Source: Octopus sinensis
Lineage: Eukaryota
NCBI RefSeq assembly: GCF_006345805.1
Contig: NC_043012.1
Span: 47,120,001 to 47,184,000, forward strand
Reading direction: 5' to 3'
Length of the DNA stretch: 64,000 nucleotides
The notes beneath the pieces are model-generated. The model was given only the letters and a program-made list of their open reading frames with translations, was not told where the DNA came from and ran no database searches. Shown piece by piece: positions 30,874-43,944 of the stretch (position 1 is the stretch's first letter; the number at the start of each line of letters is the position of its first letter). Made by a program: the position numbers and the translations under genes.

Positions 30874-31430
30874 TATAATTTCAAATTAATCATAAAAGGG
30901 TAAACTTAATTGATTAAATCAATACTTTTAACAAGTAGATAGGTACGTTTAAATAACTTTTTATAGGTAAAACCGAATTTAGAAATAGGAGTTAAAAATT
31001 CCTTTTCTACTACCTTAAGAATCTCCCACACAGTAACATACTTTTTTACATGGGCAAAGAGAAAATAATTTTATATTGGAAATACTACACTGATGATGAG
31101 AAGTAAGTAAATTAAATACTTTAATCTCGAAACGCGTCTGTGGCTAATCGGAGTCGTGTTGATTCATTATTTTCCTCTTTGCCTACATAAAAAAGAGTGT
31201 TACTGCCTGGGAGATTCTTACGGTAGTAGAAAAGAAATGTTTAACTGCTATTTCTAAATTCGGTATATGGTGAAGCAATTAGCTGACCCTTAATTATAAT
31301 TATGTTTATAAATTATGTTTATAATTTTACCTATAACTGGTATTTTTACGTACCGATCTACTTGGTAAAATTATTAATTCATTAATTTAATAAATTAATT
31401 TTACTCTTTTCTTATTAATTTGAGATTATA
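30874..31430. mobile_element. Non-coding foldback element with long imperfect inverted arms enclosing a hammerhead motif (Penelope-like/retrozyme-type, inferred)
   Basis: 30874-31068 is the reverse complement of 31165-31430, lacking about 60 bp. The hammerhead motif sits in the spacer. Confidence 0.75.
31085..31143 (+). ncRNA. Minimal type-I hammerhead ribozyme motif 1
   Basis: Stem I ctaca/tgtgg; core CTGATGA 31090-31096; one extra T; stem II gaga/tctc plus aagta/tactt; GAAA 31129-31132; palindrome ACGCGT; GTC cleavage triplet ending at 31138. Confidence 0.8.
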
Positions 31431-31603
31431 ATTTACTCCCTGATCGAACACTGCAGTTTTCTGCGGTATTGCTCGTAACATAAACGTGGATAAAAGGGAT
31501 ATATATGTATTCATATTCGGCTGTTTAAATTTTGGAAGGGTTGGTTGGATATCTATTACACGGTGTCGCACGATCGTGTGCATATTTAACCATTGCACTT
31601 TTA

Positions 31604-31847
31604 AATTTTATAATTGGAAATGCTACACTGATGATGAGAAGTATGTAATTAAACACTTTAAACTTGAAACGCGTCTGTGGCTAATCGGAGGCGTATTGAT
31701 TCCTTATTTTTCTCTTTGCCTTCATAAAAAAGTGTGTGTTACTGTGTGTGAGGTTCTTACGGTAGTAGAAAAGGAATTTTTAACTCCTATTTCTGAATTC
31801 GGTGTGTGGTGAAGCAATTAGCTGACCCCTAATTATAATTATGTTTA
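31604..31847 (+). repeat. About 240-bp direct repeat of 31067-31308 (second ribozyme-bearing LTR-like unit)
   Basis: Colinear from aattttata(a)ttggaaat to taattataattatgttta. Confidence 0.88.
31622..31681 (+). ncRNA. Minimal type-I hammerhead ribozyme motif 2
   Basis: Stem I gctaca/tgtggc; CTGATGA 31628-31634; stem II gag/ctt; GAAA 31666-31669; ACGCGT palindrome; GTC ending at 31675. Confidence 0.78.
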
Positions 31848-31938
31848 GAATTATAGAATATTTGCATATATATATATATATGCGCTAGTGTACGTGTGTA
31901 AAAGACACGCCATCATGAGAAGTATAAGGAAAATAGAA

Positions 31939-32096
31939 CAGGCGTGTTTGCGTGGTAAGAAGCAAGCTCCTCACCCACATTGCTCCGAGTTCAGTCGCAC
32001 TGAGAGGAACCTTGGGCAAATGTCTTCTACTATAGACTCGGACTAACAAAGCGTTGTCAGTATGTTTTAGTAAACGGAATGTGAAAGAATCCCGTC
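31939..32096 (+). mobile_element. SINE family 2, 5' half, diverged
   Basis: Homologous to the reverse complement of 27635-27799 (accttgggcaaatgtcttctactatag). Confidence 0.75.
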
Positions 32097-32157
32097 CTCT
32101 CTCTGTCTCTGTCTCTGTCTCTGTCCCTCTCTCTCTCTCTCTCCCTCTCTCTCTCTA

Positions 32158-32190
<33 letters not shown>

Positions 32191-32195
32191 CTATC

Positions 32196-32232
<37 letters not shown>

Positions 32233-32249
32233 ATATCTATATATATATA

Positions 32250-32517
32250 TAATCCATGATAATAAAGGGTAGAATTAATTAATTAATTAATTAATTAATA
32301 ATTAATTATTTTAGCAAGTATTTCGGTATGTTAAAAGGAGCATTATCGGTAAACTTATACATAAAATTTATAATTATATGTATAATTATAATTAGGGTTC
32401 AGCAAAAATTGCTTCACCACATACCGAAATTTAGAAATAGCGGCTAAAACTAACTATTTTTCTACTATAAGAAAATCTCCCAGACAACAATACTCAGCAA
32501 CCCACGCGTAGGCAAAA
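32250..32517 (-). repeat. Inverted partial copy of the ribozyme-element arm
   Basis: agggttcagcaaaaattgcttcaccacataccgaaatttagaaatagc is the reverse complement of 31245-31290 and 31785-31830, with a few substitutions. Confidence 0.8.
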
Positions 32518-32703
32518 GTATTTTCTTTCTGAGATGCACTTTGGCTACTTCAGTGTTGTAATCCTTTAAACTGTTCTGGGAAAGCATTTTACGGAAGTAT
32601 TTGTACATGAAACACATACATGTATCTATATGTTCAAATATTCTTACATGCTTACTTGTGTATTATCTGAGAGTGTATCATTATGTGCTTACTCAAATGC
32701 ACA

Positions 32704-32785
<82 letters not shown>

Positions 32786-33515
32786 ATATATATATATATA
32801 TATACATATATGTATATACACATATACATATATATATATATATACATATATGCATATATGTGTATATGTTTGTATGCATGTATCTACCCACATAACATTC
32901 GTACCCAGACAAACACACTTTCTCTCTCTGTCTCTCCGTCTCTCTCTCTATATAAAACTCACAACAGAGGTCTATGTAGTTATCAACGATCAATTTCCTA
33001 GTTTTATAATACCTGAATGCTTTAAATTATAGGAATATTTAAATTGGATGTAATTACGCAATAATATACTACATTTTAATGCTCCTCGAAACAGTATTAA
33101 GTGTTTGTAAATATTTGGCTTTTGCGAAGAATTATTTTATTTTGGGATCGGTTTGTCTCTACACTTGATGCAATGTTTTCTAACAGAAGTTATTTATAAA
33201 TATGGTTTTATTAAGTGCGAGAGAAACTGAAGAATATATCGTAGTCACCCATTACGGTTATTAGCCTTTCATAAAATTATTATTCTTCTGTTTTAAACCA
33301 GAGGGACCTTGTATAAGCTATTTCTTCATGAATTATTTGGAAGATATTTTAGTGGTGGGAAGAAATTTCGGGACTTATTAGTTGAGAAATGGTCATAGTT
33401 TTTCAGAAGATAAATATAGGCATTGAGGTTCTCTTCGCCGCATATGTACATACGTACATACATATATATATGTATATATATATATAAAACTTCATAGATA
33501 CATACAAGAATACAC

Positions 33516-33548
<33 letters not shown>

Positions 33549-33643
33549 CTCACATACATGTGCATACACATACACACCCACACACAAACACACATACATC
33601 TATATGTATATTATATATATACTTTATATACACACACACACAC

Positions 33644-33698
<55 letters not shown>

Positions 33699-35154
33699 TC
33701 ACGTGTTTGAGTGTGTGCATGTGTAAGACTTTTTTACTTTTCAGTAACTGTTTTATTGTCTAAGTGATTTTTTTTTTATCTAAAAAATACGCCATTATTT
33801 TCCGCGCTTAAAGTACTGACGACATCACTTATTCATTTTGCTGAAATGTGTTTGAACTTCATATTTTAACAGCAGCAATACTTTCCCGATGAGACCTACA
33901 TGAATTAATGCTTCGAGAAATATGTGAAAGCTGAGACATGGATATTAATACATCAAATTTGATGCTCCATTAGTGAGAGGCTACAAGTAAATAAGACGTC
34001 AAAAATGACTCATTTAAATATTTATTATCTAATAATGAACACAAAAAATTACATGCAAATTTTAAAAACAATTTTCCAGTAAAAAGCGAGACAAATCTTG
34101 TTTTGTCCCTCATGTCAGTCATTCAAAATTCCTTGTTTTAACAAAATGAGTGACTATTACAAAAACTTATTTCTTCTTCATAGGTTTGAATGATTTGGAC
34201 TTGCTTTTACTTTTTATAAATAATATTATTGATGTAACTACTTTGATGTACTCTGACTGTTCTCATACCATTTAGTACCGTTGATCATTCAAGTATACTG
34301 ACATTATCAGAAATTCAGCAAATTACGGTAACGACTATGAGAAAGAAAATAAATCGCTACGTTTATAGTATAGTATAATATTGATTGGTGTTTAGTGTAT
34401 AAACTATTTCAATACATTTGTTAATGCACACGCTTGTTTTGTGTTTTCATTCTGTTTTTTGCTAATGTTAAGAAAAAACGTTTGACTTCAAACATTTCAA
34501 ATGAGAAACCGTTGAATTATAGTAACATAACTTGTGTTTACTATATGTTTTATGTACATAGTATTTTTATAACTAATTTACTGTTGCAAATCATTAGACA
34601 ATATTTCACAGTCACTTCGTAGCTATCAGATGCAGTAACTTCTGAAGTACAATTTATTTAATTTCAATATGTTGTATTTACTGGTAAACTTTACAATTGA
34701 CGAACGTGGAATGTTGAAGAATTTGCCAACAAGAGAAGCATCGCCATGAAAAAGAATTGAAACCATTTTACCAAAGATTCAGTTCAACAAATCTAGACAT
34801 GTTTACAGTTTGCTGATAGTTCCATTCCAGCACATTATATTTAGTGTGTTATTTCTAATTTATAAAGATGTTAAATGACTGTTGTGTAAGCGGTGTGAAT
34901 CAGTTTCGATAACAGAAGTTTCGTGAATTTTAAGTTATAAAAAGATAAAAAAGAAGAGAAATTAAAAGCCATCCGGAGTTTACCATCATTACGATTAATG
35001 TAAATGGCAGAGCGTACGAGGCCAAAACTTTAAATAACAATAGAGTAACTCACAAGTTATTTGCTAAATACATCTCTCCAACATGCCAGTTTTTTTTTTC
35101 ATTACTCTTGTGTCTAATCCAAATATAACACACATCTTTACATAGGCACGCTCA

Positions 35155-35535
35155 TAATACATACATTATTATTACTATGGCTGCACCCTCGTTATCGAGT
35201 ATGGCCATTGCACGAAGCTTAACTGTTACTGGTTCTCTGATCGAATGTCTTGTACAGAATTGGCAACTAAAACCATTACCGGTAATAGCCAGTTGTAGTT
35301 GTAACTGGGCTTCATGTAGTTGTGCATGTCGTTTAAGTCCTCCTGTCGAATTACACTCCCTTCCACATGCCCTCCATACTTTCTCATGTGCAACTCGATA
35401 TTTCTCAAAAGTGGCTGTCTCCTTGTGCACAATCCTTCCACCACCTGCTACGATCAATAGCTATGCCTTCCCATGTGTCAGGAGAGATGCAAGCATCTCT
35501 TAAGGAAGACTTCAGCAAGTCGTTGAGGTCTCAGT

Positions 35536-35540
<5 letters not shown>
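35155..35540 (-). mobile_element. RTE-clade LINE 3' end with C-terminal zinc-finger-like motifs
   Basis: HKETATFEKYRVAHEK...CGRECNSTGGLKRH...FSCQFC...AILDNEGAAI, followed by a short TAA tail. Confidence 0.7.
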
Positions 35541-35622
<82 letters not shown>

Positions 35623-35715
35623 TTCAGCAACAATTTAGATTCAAATGAATATGGCACTTAATTTAGATGCACCAGAATTTTTTATGGTGTTACCCATAAA
35701 AATATGCGGGGTGAT

Positions 35716-36847
35716 TATAATAAAAAATAAGCAGCAAGAATGAATCCGGTAATTTAGTACAATTGTTTCATACTACAATATTTTATTAAAAGCTGTAAAT
35801 ATTACAGCAGATTTAAGATGCCGAGTAATCTTCAGGTAATTTTATATAGGTATTCCAATAATATAAAGTTTTCAAATCAATTAAGAGCATCTTAGGGAAG
35901 GTAAATATACAGATAAAGATGTAGATATGAATATTAGGAACATGAGGTCGTGTAGTTCAGATGCCAACTGACCAAAACCTTGTTTACAACTACTGCTGTA
36001 AGAAAAGTTCTTTAGTTATAAGGATAGGGGTAAGGGCAGATAAAGAATTCAAGTTAGTTGAAGAAAAGAGGAGGAAAATTCAAGATATGTAAAAGAAGAA
36101 CAGGTTGTCACTAGAACAAAGGGTCAATTTATCTATATGGTGACAAAAAATGTAGGTCAGTGTAGAAAGAACATTAAATGCTTAGGAACATTTGGGGTAG
36201 TAGGTCAGCTACTAACTGACCAAAACCCTACTTGCAAATGAGAGCCATCAGAAGTTTTTGGTAGGAATTTAGGTGAGGGGATGTGATAGAATACTGTAAA
36301 AGGGATTTAAGTCAGTAGCAGAAAAAAGGAAGAATTTAGAATACATAAAGGGAATTCAAGTTGTCACTAGAACAAAAAGCCAGTTATTTTCATGTGGTGA
36401 GAAAAAAATTCAGGTCAATGTCGAGAGGCCAATTAAATTCTTTTACAAAGAGTAGGGGAACAAACCTATCATCTAATTTATAGTAGGTATCGTATTCTAT
36501 AACTTGGGGAATAGTAATAAATGTTAAAATTAGAATAGATTTGGGCAAAGATCCAAATTCAAGATTACAGTGAAATTAATCTAGTCGACTATGAAAGTAA
36601 ATTAAAGCTTAGTATAGTGTATATCATATTATTGTTATATTAAAAAGTTAAAGTTTGAAAATGTAGGAAAACTTAAATTTCTATTTAAAGCATTTAAAAG
36701 TTCTAGTTGTGGAATGTATGCAAGATTATCCTCACTCTAGACTATTATTCAGTAGATTTTGTTACTTCGATACTTTAAAATTTCATAGGTTTCAAACAAT
36801 TGTACTAAATTACCGGATTCATTCTTCTGGCTTATTTTTTGATTATA
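35716..36847. mobile_element. About 1.13-kb element with about 55-bp imperfect inverted termini (possible Penelope-like remnant)
   Basis: 35716-35770 (tataataaaaaataagcagcaagaatgaatccggtaatttagtacaattgttt) is the reverse complement of 36795-36847. A hammerhead-like motif lies on the minus strand at 35755-35840. Confidence 0.65.
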
Positions 36848-36954
36848 TATATATATATATATATTAATCAATTTAGGGTAGCAAAAAATTTCGTAAAAAT
36901 TTATCGCTACCAGCGGCCTAGTGGAAAAGAGAAAATAGTCAAAGACTAAATATG

Positions 36955-37072
36955 TATAAATATAACAATTTAGGAATGGCCTAAACAGGCCATTCGTCCA
37001 CCAGAAGTTCTGGCTGCTCTTTCTGGTGGACGAATGGCCTGTTTAGGCCATTCCTAAATTGTTATATTTATA
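36955..37072. repeat. Perfect inverted repeat, 52-bp arms, 14-nt loop
   Basis: 36955-37006 is the reverse complement of 37021-37072. Confidence 0.92.
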
Positions 37073-37235
37073 TATATATATATATAATGTGAAATAGAAA
37101 GATGAATAATCTTGTAGCAGATTAATCAAAAGTTTAACCGTTACCTTGGTAGCAAAAATCACAGCAGAAGACAGCACGGTTGGAGGTTCAACCATATGGT
37201 GTTGCAACCGTGCGTTGGTGCGGATAATTGAATTT

Positions 37236-37518
37236 TAATATTATTAGTGAATTGAAGAAATGTTGATACATACACTGATAAACAGTTTGCCCATGGGCTC
37301 TTAGGAGCCTAGTTCGATTTGTTTTGCTCCGCCTCTGTTCTGTTTTTGTTTTTTCCAACGGATTTCCTATTTCTTCCTGAAGAGAAAGACACAATATGGT
37401 CTCATTATTCAATCGGATTTTGGTAAATTGTGCCTTTCGAAACACGTGTAGAATGAAATAAAACGATTTCTGTTCAATCTTCGTTCAGCTCCATTTCTTC
37501 AATTCACTAATAATATTA
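37236..37518. mobile_element. MITE-like element with perfect 27-bp terminal inverted repeats
   Basis: taatattattagtgaattgaagaaatg (37236-37262) pairs with catttcttcaattcactaataatatta (37492-37518). Confidence 0.55.
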
Positions 37519-37645
37519 TATATATATATATATATATACATATTTCTATGCTTTTCGAAATTTCTGCTAGTACATTTGTCTTGTGTTAGCATTGCAACTA
37601 TTTTAAAAGAATAATTGTTTTGCAGTTAAGAAAATGCAGATAAAC

Positions 37646-37711
<66 letters not shown>

Positions 37712-40700
37712 AACTGTCAAGAAAACTATACTCAAAACTTCACTCTATACTTCAGTGTTTAATGGCACTTGATTCTTATCTAGCTTAGACAATAAAATGT
37801 AACCAGGTGAATATTCCCGTATCCACTCTTAATAAAACGTGACATACAAATCCTTGAAGATTTTCATTTACTCACTCCTGTTATGTGTGTTTTTTTTAAA
37901 TCTGGAATATTTCTTCATCGCACCAATAGATATGTCGCGAAATCACTGCACTACAATCTCATCTTCCCCTCCTCTGGATTGTCTATATGTAGATACGTTT
38001 CCCTTACTTTTATGCATTCATTCGTTATAGCACTCTTCATTCGCTATTCATTTTATGTATTCATTCGTGACATCATAAAATATGCAGTTTGCAAATTACA
38101 TTAATGTAAACAATTGACTGTTGCGGCTCAGAGAAAACAAATCTCTGATATTATTAAATTGTTAGATATACTGGGTTCTTTAGGAATCATAATGTAATTA
38201 ACTTTAGTCCCTATTTACAAGCATATTAATTTAGTATCATATATTAATTGAATTGGGTTACTAAATGAAATATTGCTCATATTTTCGAAATTGTTTAACT
38301 TTAAAAGTTGTATTTTTATCATTAAATATATCTGGGTCTGAGCAGTGAAGAAGACACAAACTTCACAACCTATTGAGTGCGAAATATATTCCGAGTGAAC
38401 TCTTAGTCACTTTAAAAGAATTTGGAATCTTATGTCATTTGGAACCTAAAAAATCACAAGGATTTGGCATGATTTATATCGTCCGCCCATCACATCTGTT
38501 GAAATAAACTTATGATGGCAAGAATTAGTATTGCTTTTTTCACTAGGGAAGATGGTATTTGAATAACTGTGCTAATACCTACAAAAAATACATACACGAA
38601 CTGTAAAATATACTAATTCAAATTCGTCTCAGGCGAAGGGCACTGAAACAGCTATGTGCATATTTTCGGTTTTTGTTATACTTACAAGACAAATTTAATT
38701 TCGTCCGCTTATGAAAAGTTGTGTTGTAGACATTATACAAAATAAAAGAAAGTTTGATTCGGCGTGTCACCTTGTGTAATCTGGTTTATAAAATAGGCGC
38801 AAAGCCTCAAATTTTATAGGCATAGTCGTTTAGACATGAATGATTAAATATATTTTATTGCAAATGATCTCGCAAAAATGGAAAAGTCTTCTCAATTACG
38901 TACAGTAATGAAGGGAAGCATAAGGAATACACTGACTTTTTCACTTCTTGTCGGTTAAATGTATCTTCTACGCGCATAAATCATAAGCGGTAAGAGTAAT
39001 GTCTTTTTTGTTTTCAATTTTGTAAGTTACTTAATTTACATATCTAGATAAAAGCAAAGTACAATCACACACAGTCTATACTCAAAGCCAAATTGTGCAT
39101 AAATATATATGTATAGCCGTACATTGCAATGTGTGAACACATTTGTACTAAAAATATTTCTAGGTTTAAGTCAAAACAGCTGATAACGTAGTGTATTGTA
39201 GATAAATATATTCACAGGAAACGTACGAAAATATTATGTACGTCGTAGATCTGCGTAGAAATAACAGTAAAATTTGCTGCAATATATTACGTTTGGTGCG
39301 CATACATTTTGCAAAAACATACAAAAAATTGAGGTATATTAAGCAGTATTTTGTCGATTATTTATTCATTCTTTTTTTTATTCAATTAATGTTACTGATT
39401 TCTTATCGCTGTATAAAGAAGATAAAGATACTTCTTTATAAATTACAGCTCCAAAAACATACACTAATGTAGCGACAATATATGAACATTCTATGAATTG
39501 TATAATACTAGATAACTACAGACGTACAAATATGATATCGTTCTCTATTTCACAGCATTATATATTTTCAAACTATACCGGCATACATGCGATACTCCTG
39601 CATTGAATTATGTAATAAAGGATAAGAAAAATATGATCTTATACATTCTTGATTGTGCGCATATGACTGAGTATGTATAATTATGTAGAATAAGAGTAAG
39701 AAAGAGTCAGACTTAGAGATATAAATTGCATATTATATTTTTAAATTGCACAATATATATTCGCTATATAGGACTCAATATGATTCATTATACGCCAAGA
39801 AAGCAAGATGGAAGTAGAATTCGAGTATTAAGCTTAAAGTTTATTTTACTAATATCAATACTAACAAAAATACATACCATTACACACACAAATAAATAGA
39901 CATACACAAACACACATGTACTGGCACACACGTACACACACACACATCCACTCACACGCACATACACGAATACAAACTCACATATATATAAAACAAAAGT
40001 CTGAAAGACTTTAATTAAATCAATTTAAACCATTCCGTTGAAGAATATGACCGAGTTATGCAATTCAAACCAGGCATAATTTCTACAGCTTCATTTAATC
40101 AGATTCATACGTAATTCCGGATTTATATACGTGTGTGTGAGTGTGTGTCTCTGTGTGTATGTATAATTGTATGTATGTGTATGCATATATGCATATACGT
40201 ACATACATATGTATGTGCATATATGTATGTATCAATGTGTATATATATATATATATGTTTGTGTGCGCACGAACGGTGTATGTATTCATATATCTGCTTG
40301 TGTGTGTATCCATATTCACATCAGGTATACATGCGTAAAGACATGAATACATACACATACACGTGTGTGTGTATGCACATGTAATATATATATATATATA
40401 TGTATACAACGTGGTAAAGATATAACTATATATATGCATGTAGATGGATATGTTTGTATGTGTGCGTGTGTGTGTTTGTGTATGTATGTTTGTATGTGTG
40501 TGTTCCTTGGTGTCTGCGATTGACCCATCACCACTTCTGTTCCGTCTTCTACTCGTATATCTTTCTCTAGGACTTTCGAGTGTCTCAATATACCGCTCAT
40601 TTTTCATCATACAGTTGAAACATTTACATGTTCCAGGAAATCAAGGATAATGAGGCTCACATTAATATAATCATTTTGAATTCTAATGCCAATTAGTATC

Positions 40701-43150
40701 CCTTGAACTACATAGGCTTTGGCGAAGCGATGTGACGTCATTTCATGTAGTGTTCCTTTTTATCTCCAATATAATCATGCTCCCACATCTCAGCCTCTTT
40801 TACCAAATCAGCACTACCAAAATTGTTATCTTCTTTGCCTTCAAACGGTTCAAAGAGGATTGGAGTTGGATTTCATGTTTCCTTCAATTCGGGTGTCAGT
40901 TGCCAAAGTAACCATTTTGCACAAGGCTTCTGTATGTAAATTGTTCCACCATTTTGTGTATGCATTGTGACCAGTCAAATTGATCAGGAAAGCTTATAGT
41001 TTGTGTCTTCTCTGTCCACACGTATCAATTCGTTCATTGCTGGTGAGACTTCTGTTTTTCAGTGTTAGGTTCACATTCTTCATAATTCTACTTCCCTCTA
41101 TGCACATAACCCTCATCAATGGTGTTGTTCCCGTAAGTAATCTGTGATTTTGTGAATATGTAGGATAGTATGCTAAACTCCTTCATCAATGCAGGTACGT
41201 TGCTTCGCCTGGAGCATATTATTTGCCTGATATGAATGAGAACGCTGTTCTCATCATATATTCCACAATAAGACAAACAATGCTTTTGTGGTTTCACTTT
41301 CTAGAAAAATCGCTTTCTCAATCACTTTTGACAACGTTAACGCTTTTACTTTCATAGGACCCCTGGAACAAAAATGCGTTTGGGCGTAACAGAAAGAAAT
41401 TATTCCAGTTTATTACATTCTATTTACCTATTATATTCTCTTTTATCGCTCCTGCTAACATTTTGTCATTTGAATTTTATTCTCATGTTTCTTTATTTCG
41501 GAAGACATTTTAATTAAAATGTATATTTACATCTAAAAAATGTTTCGAGGACAAGAGGTGAAGGTGTTTTTGTAGGCAAAGTGTGAATTATGAATTCTAT
41601 TTATGATATAATTTATAAAAGAATCTAATATCTTTAAATAGTTGTTCGAATTCAGCATTATTTATTCAAGATAGCGGATATTTCAATGTCTCTATGAATC
41701 AATTTTCAGATAAGACAACAATTGTGCACTCTGTGGTTTATTCTTATTATATTATCTCATCACAGTTTTCTATAATTTTGCACTTGACAATATATACACA
41801 TTTCACTATTTTTATGTATTCAGATACTTGAATCAACATGAGAGTGAATGAAACAATACTGGTACAGCTTGACAGGAAACTAAAAATAAGAAGTGATGGA
41901 CCAAGTAGATTATCAACGTGAAACAACAGCAAACATGTTTGAGCACAAACTTGCAGAATACCAAAGGTTTCAAAGACAAGGCTAAGGGAGACGGGTAGAG
42001 AGAATGGGGAATGAGAAAAGCTTTCACAAAATAGTATAACCATATCATAACGAGTATCCAAATATCTCGCCCATTCACAAACACACATATAAACATATAT
42101 GTAAATAGTATTTGTTTTAGGTTATAATACACATAATTTACATTAAATTGAATGATTACTCAACACGTTTGGCGTTGTAAAAATATGTTTTCTCTTAACA
42201 AGAATAGTATTGAGAGTGACTTCGAAGTTTCGGCGTGTGCTTATGCGTATGGGTGTGATATTTGGATACACGTTATGATATTTCTTACTATTTCGTGAAA
42301 GCTATCATTGCACTGTGCAGCATTTTCAAAAGTAAGCTTAGTTCTGTTGAATATTAATTATAGCTGATTGTCATGGCAATGTGCTATGGGAAATATTTAT
42401 TCATTGGACTTTCGATCGTGCGATTATCATCCATTCCTGCATGTAGAACATTGTAATGACGTATGTATATTTAGGTGTATCATCATCGAGTCATAGGAAT
42501 CCATAAGGGAATGTAGTTATACTGTTGGTCATTAGATTTGTAACTCGGTTTACTTGTTAATTTTATTCGGATGATAATGTGATGTTTAGTCGTTTGTTTT
42601 GTGAATGTGGGAGTTGGATCTCGTAATTCAATCCAGAATGTTTACATCCATATTACGGTGTGTATAGTAGATACGTCAGCTTTTAGGTAATGGAATTTTA
42701 ATGATTCACAAAGGAATTTAGTTTAAGTTCTTCAGCTGGCTGCTATTATTCAGGGTTTTCTAACTGCTTGTATTGGGAGGGTGTTGGTTATCATTTAAGC
42801 TTCATCATTATGTTATTAGGTTGGAATATTTGTTAACCGAATATTATTATGTTCACAAGAAGATGTCGGTTGGTGTAAATTGTGATGGTCAGCATACTTG
42901 CTTCTAGAGGATCATTGTTCTGTGAATTATTTACTTACTGTTTAGAAACATAAACCTTTGTGATTAGGGAGGTGGTTTTTTTCTTTTCAGCTTCTAGGGT
43001 AGGTAATTTAAAATATATTATTTGAATTTATTAAAATATGTATAAATGTGCGTAAATTTCCTAAGTCAACTTATTCTTATATCCTCCTTGCATATATGTA
43101 TATATATAATTGTTGGTATGTGCACATATTTTACAAAATTTGCGTGACCT

Positions 43151-43315
<165 letters not shown>

Positions 43316-43491
43316 TAACATCGAAAAATACCTTGGCAATGAGAACCCAGTTTCGAAATTTCCGCAAGATACCTGATGAAGGCTGGAGGGTTAACAACAA
43401 AGATGAGGATCCGTCAAATGTAAATAATGTACATAATTCAACATCTCTTAAATATAGAACTATATGTATGTATGTATATATATATATATAG

Positions 43492-43612
<121 letters not shown>

Positions 43613-43781
43613 AGTACAAAGTGAGATAGGGATTATGAGTGTAACCCACTATGGGATATCAGTTATCGAATATACTGCTAGTGAAGTACCCAAAAGGCAA
43701 ATACATAAATGCCTATAATTGCAATGCAATTAATTCATTTATTGTATTAGATGGGCGAAGGTAAAATATTTTACCTCAAAA

Positions 43782-43860
<79 letters not shown>

Positions 43861-43892
43861 ATATATATATAATATATATATAAAATATATAT

Positions 43893-43944
<52 letters not shown>

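Noticed and set aside
31486-31812. 108-aa ORF overlapping the second ribozyme
   Set aside because: No recognisable domain, and the equivalent region of repeat 1 is not kept open. Likely incidental.
33810-33860. CTGACGA...GAAA spacing like a hammerhead
   Set aside because: Stem II cannot close and there is no stem I or III pairing.
43330-43440. CTGATGA at 43373-43379 followed by aggctggaggg, in a short repeat-like segment after (TAA)n
   Set aside because: No downstream GAAA or stem II partner. At best a ribozyme with half the core deleted, which this copy alone cannot support.
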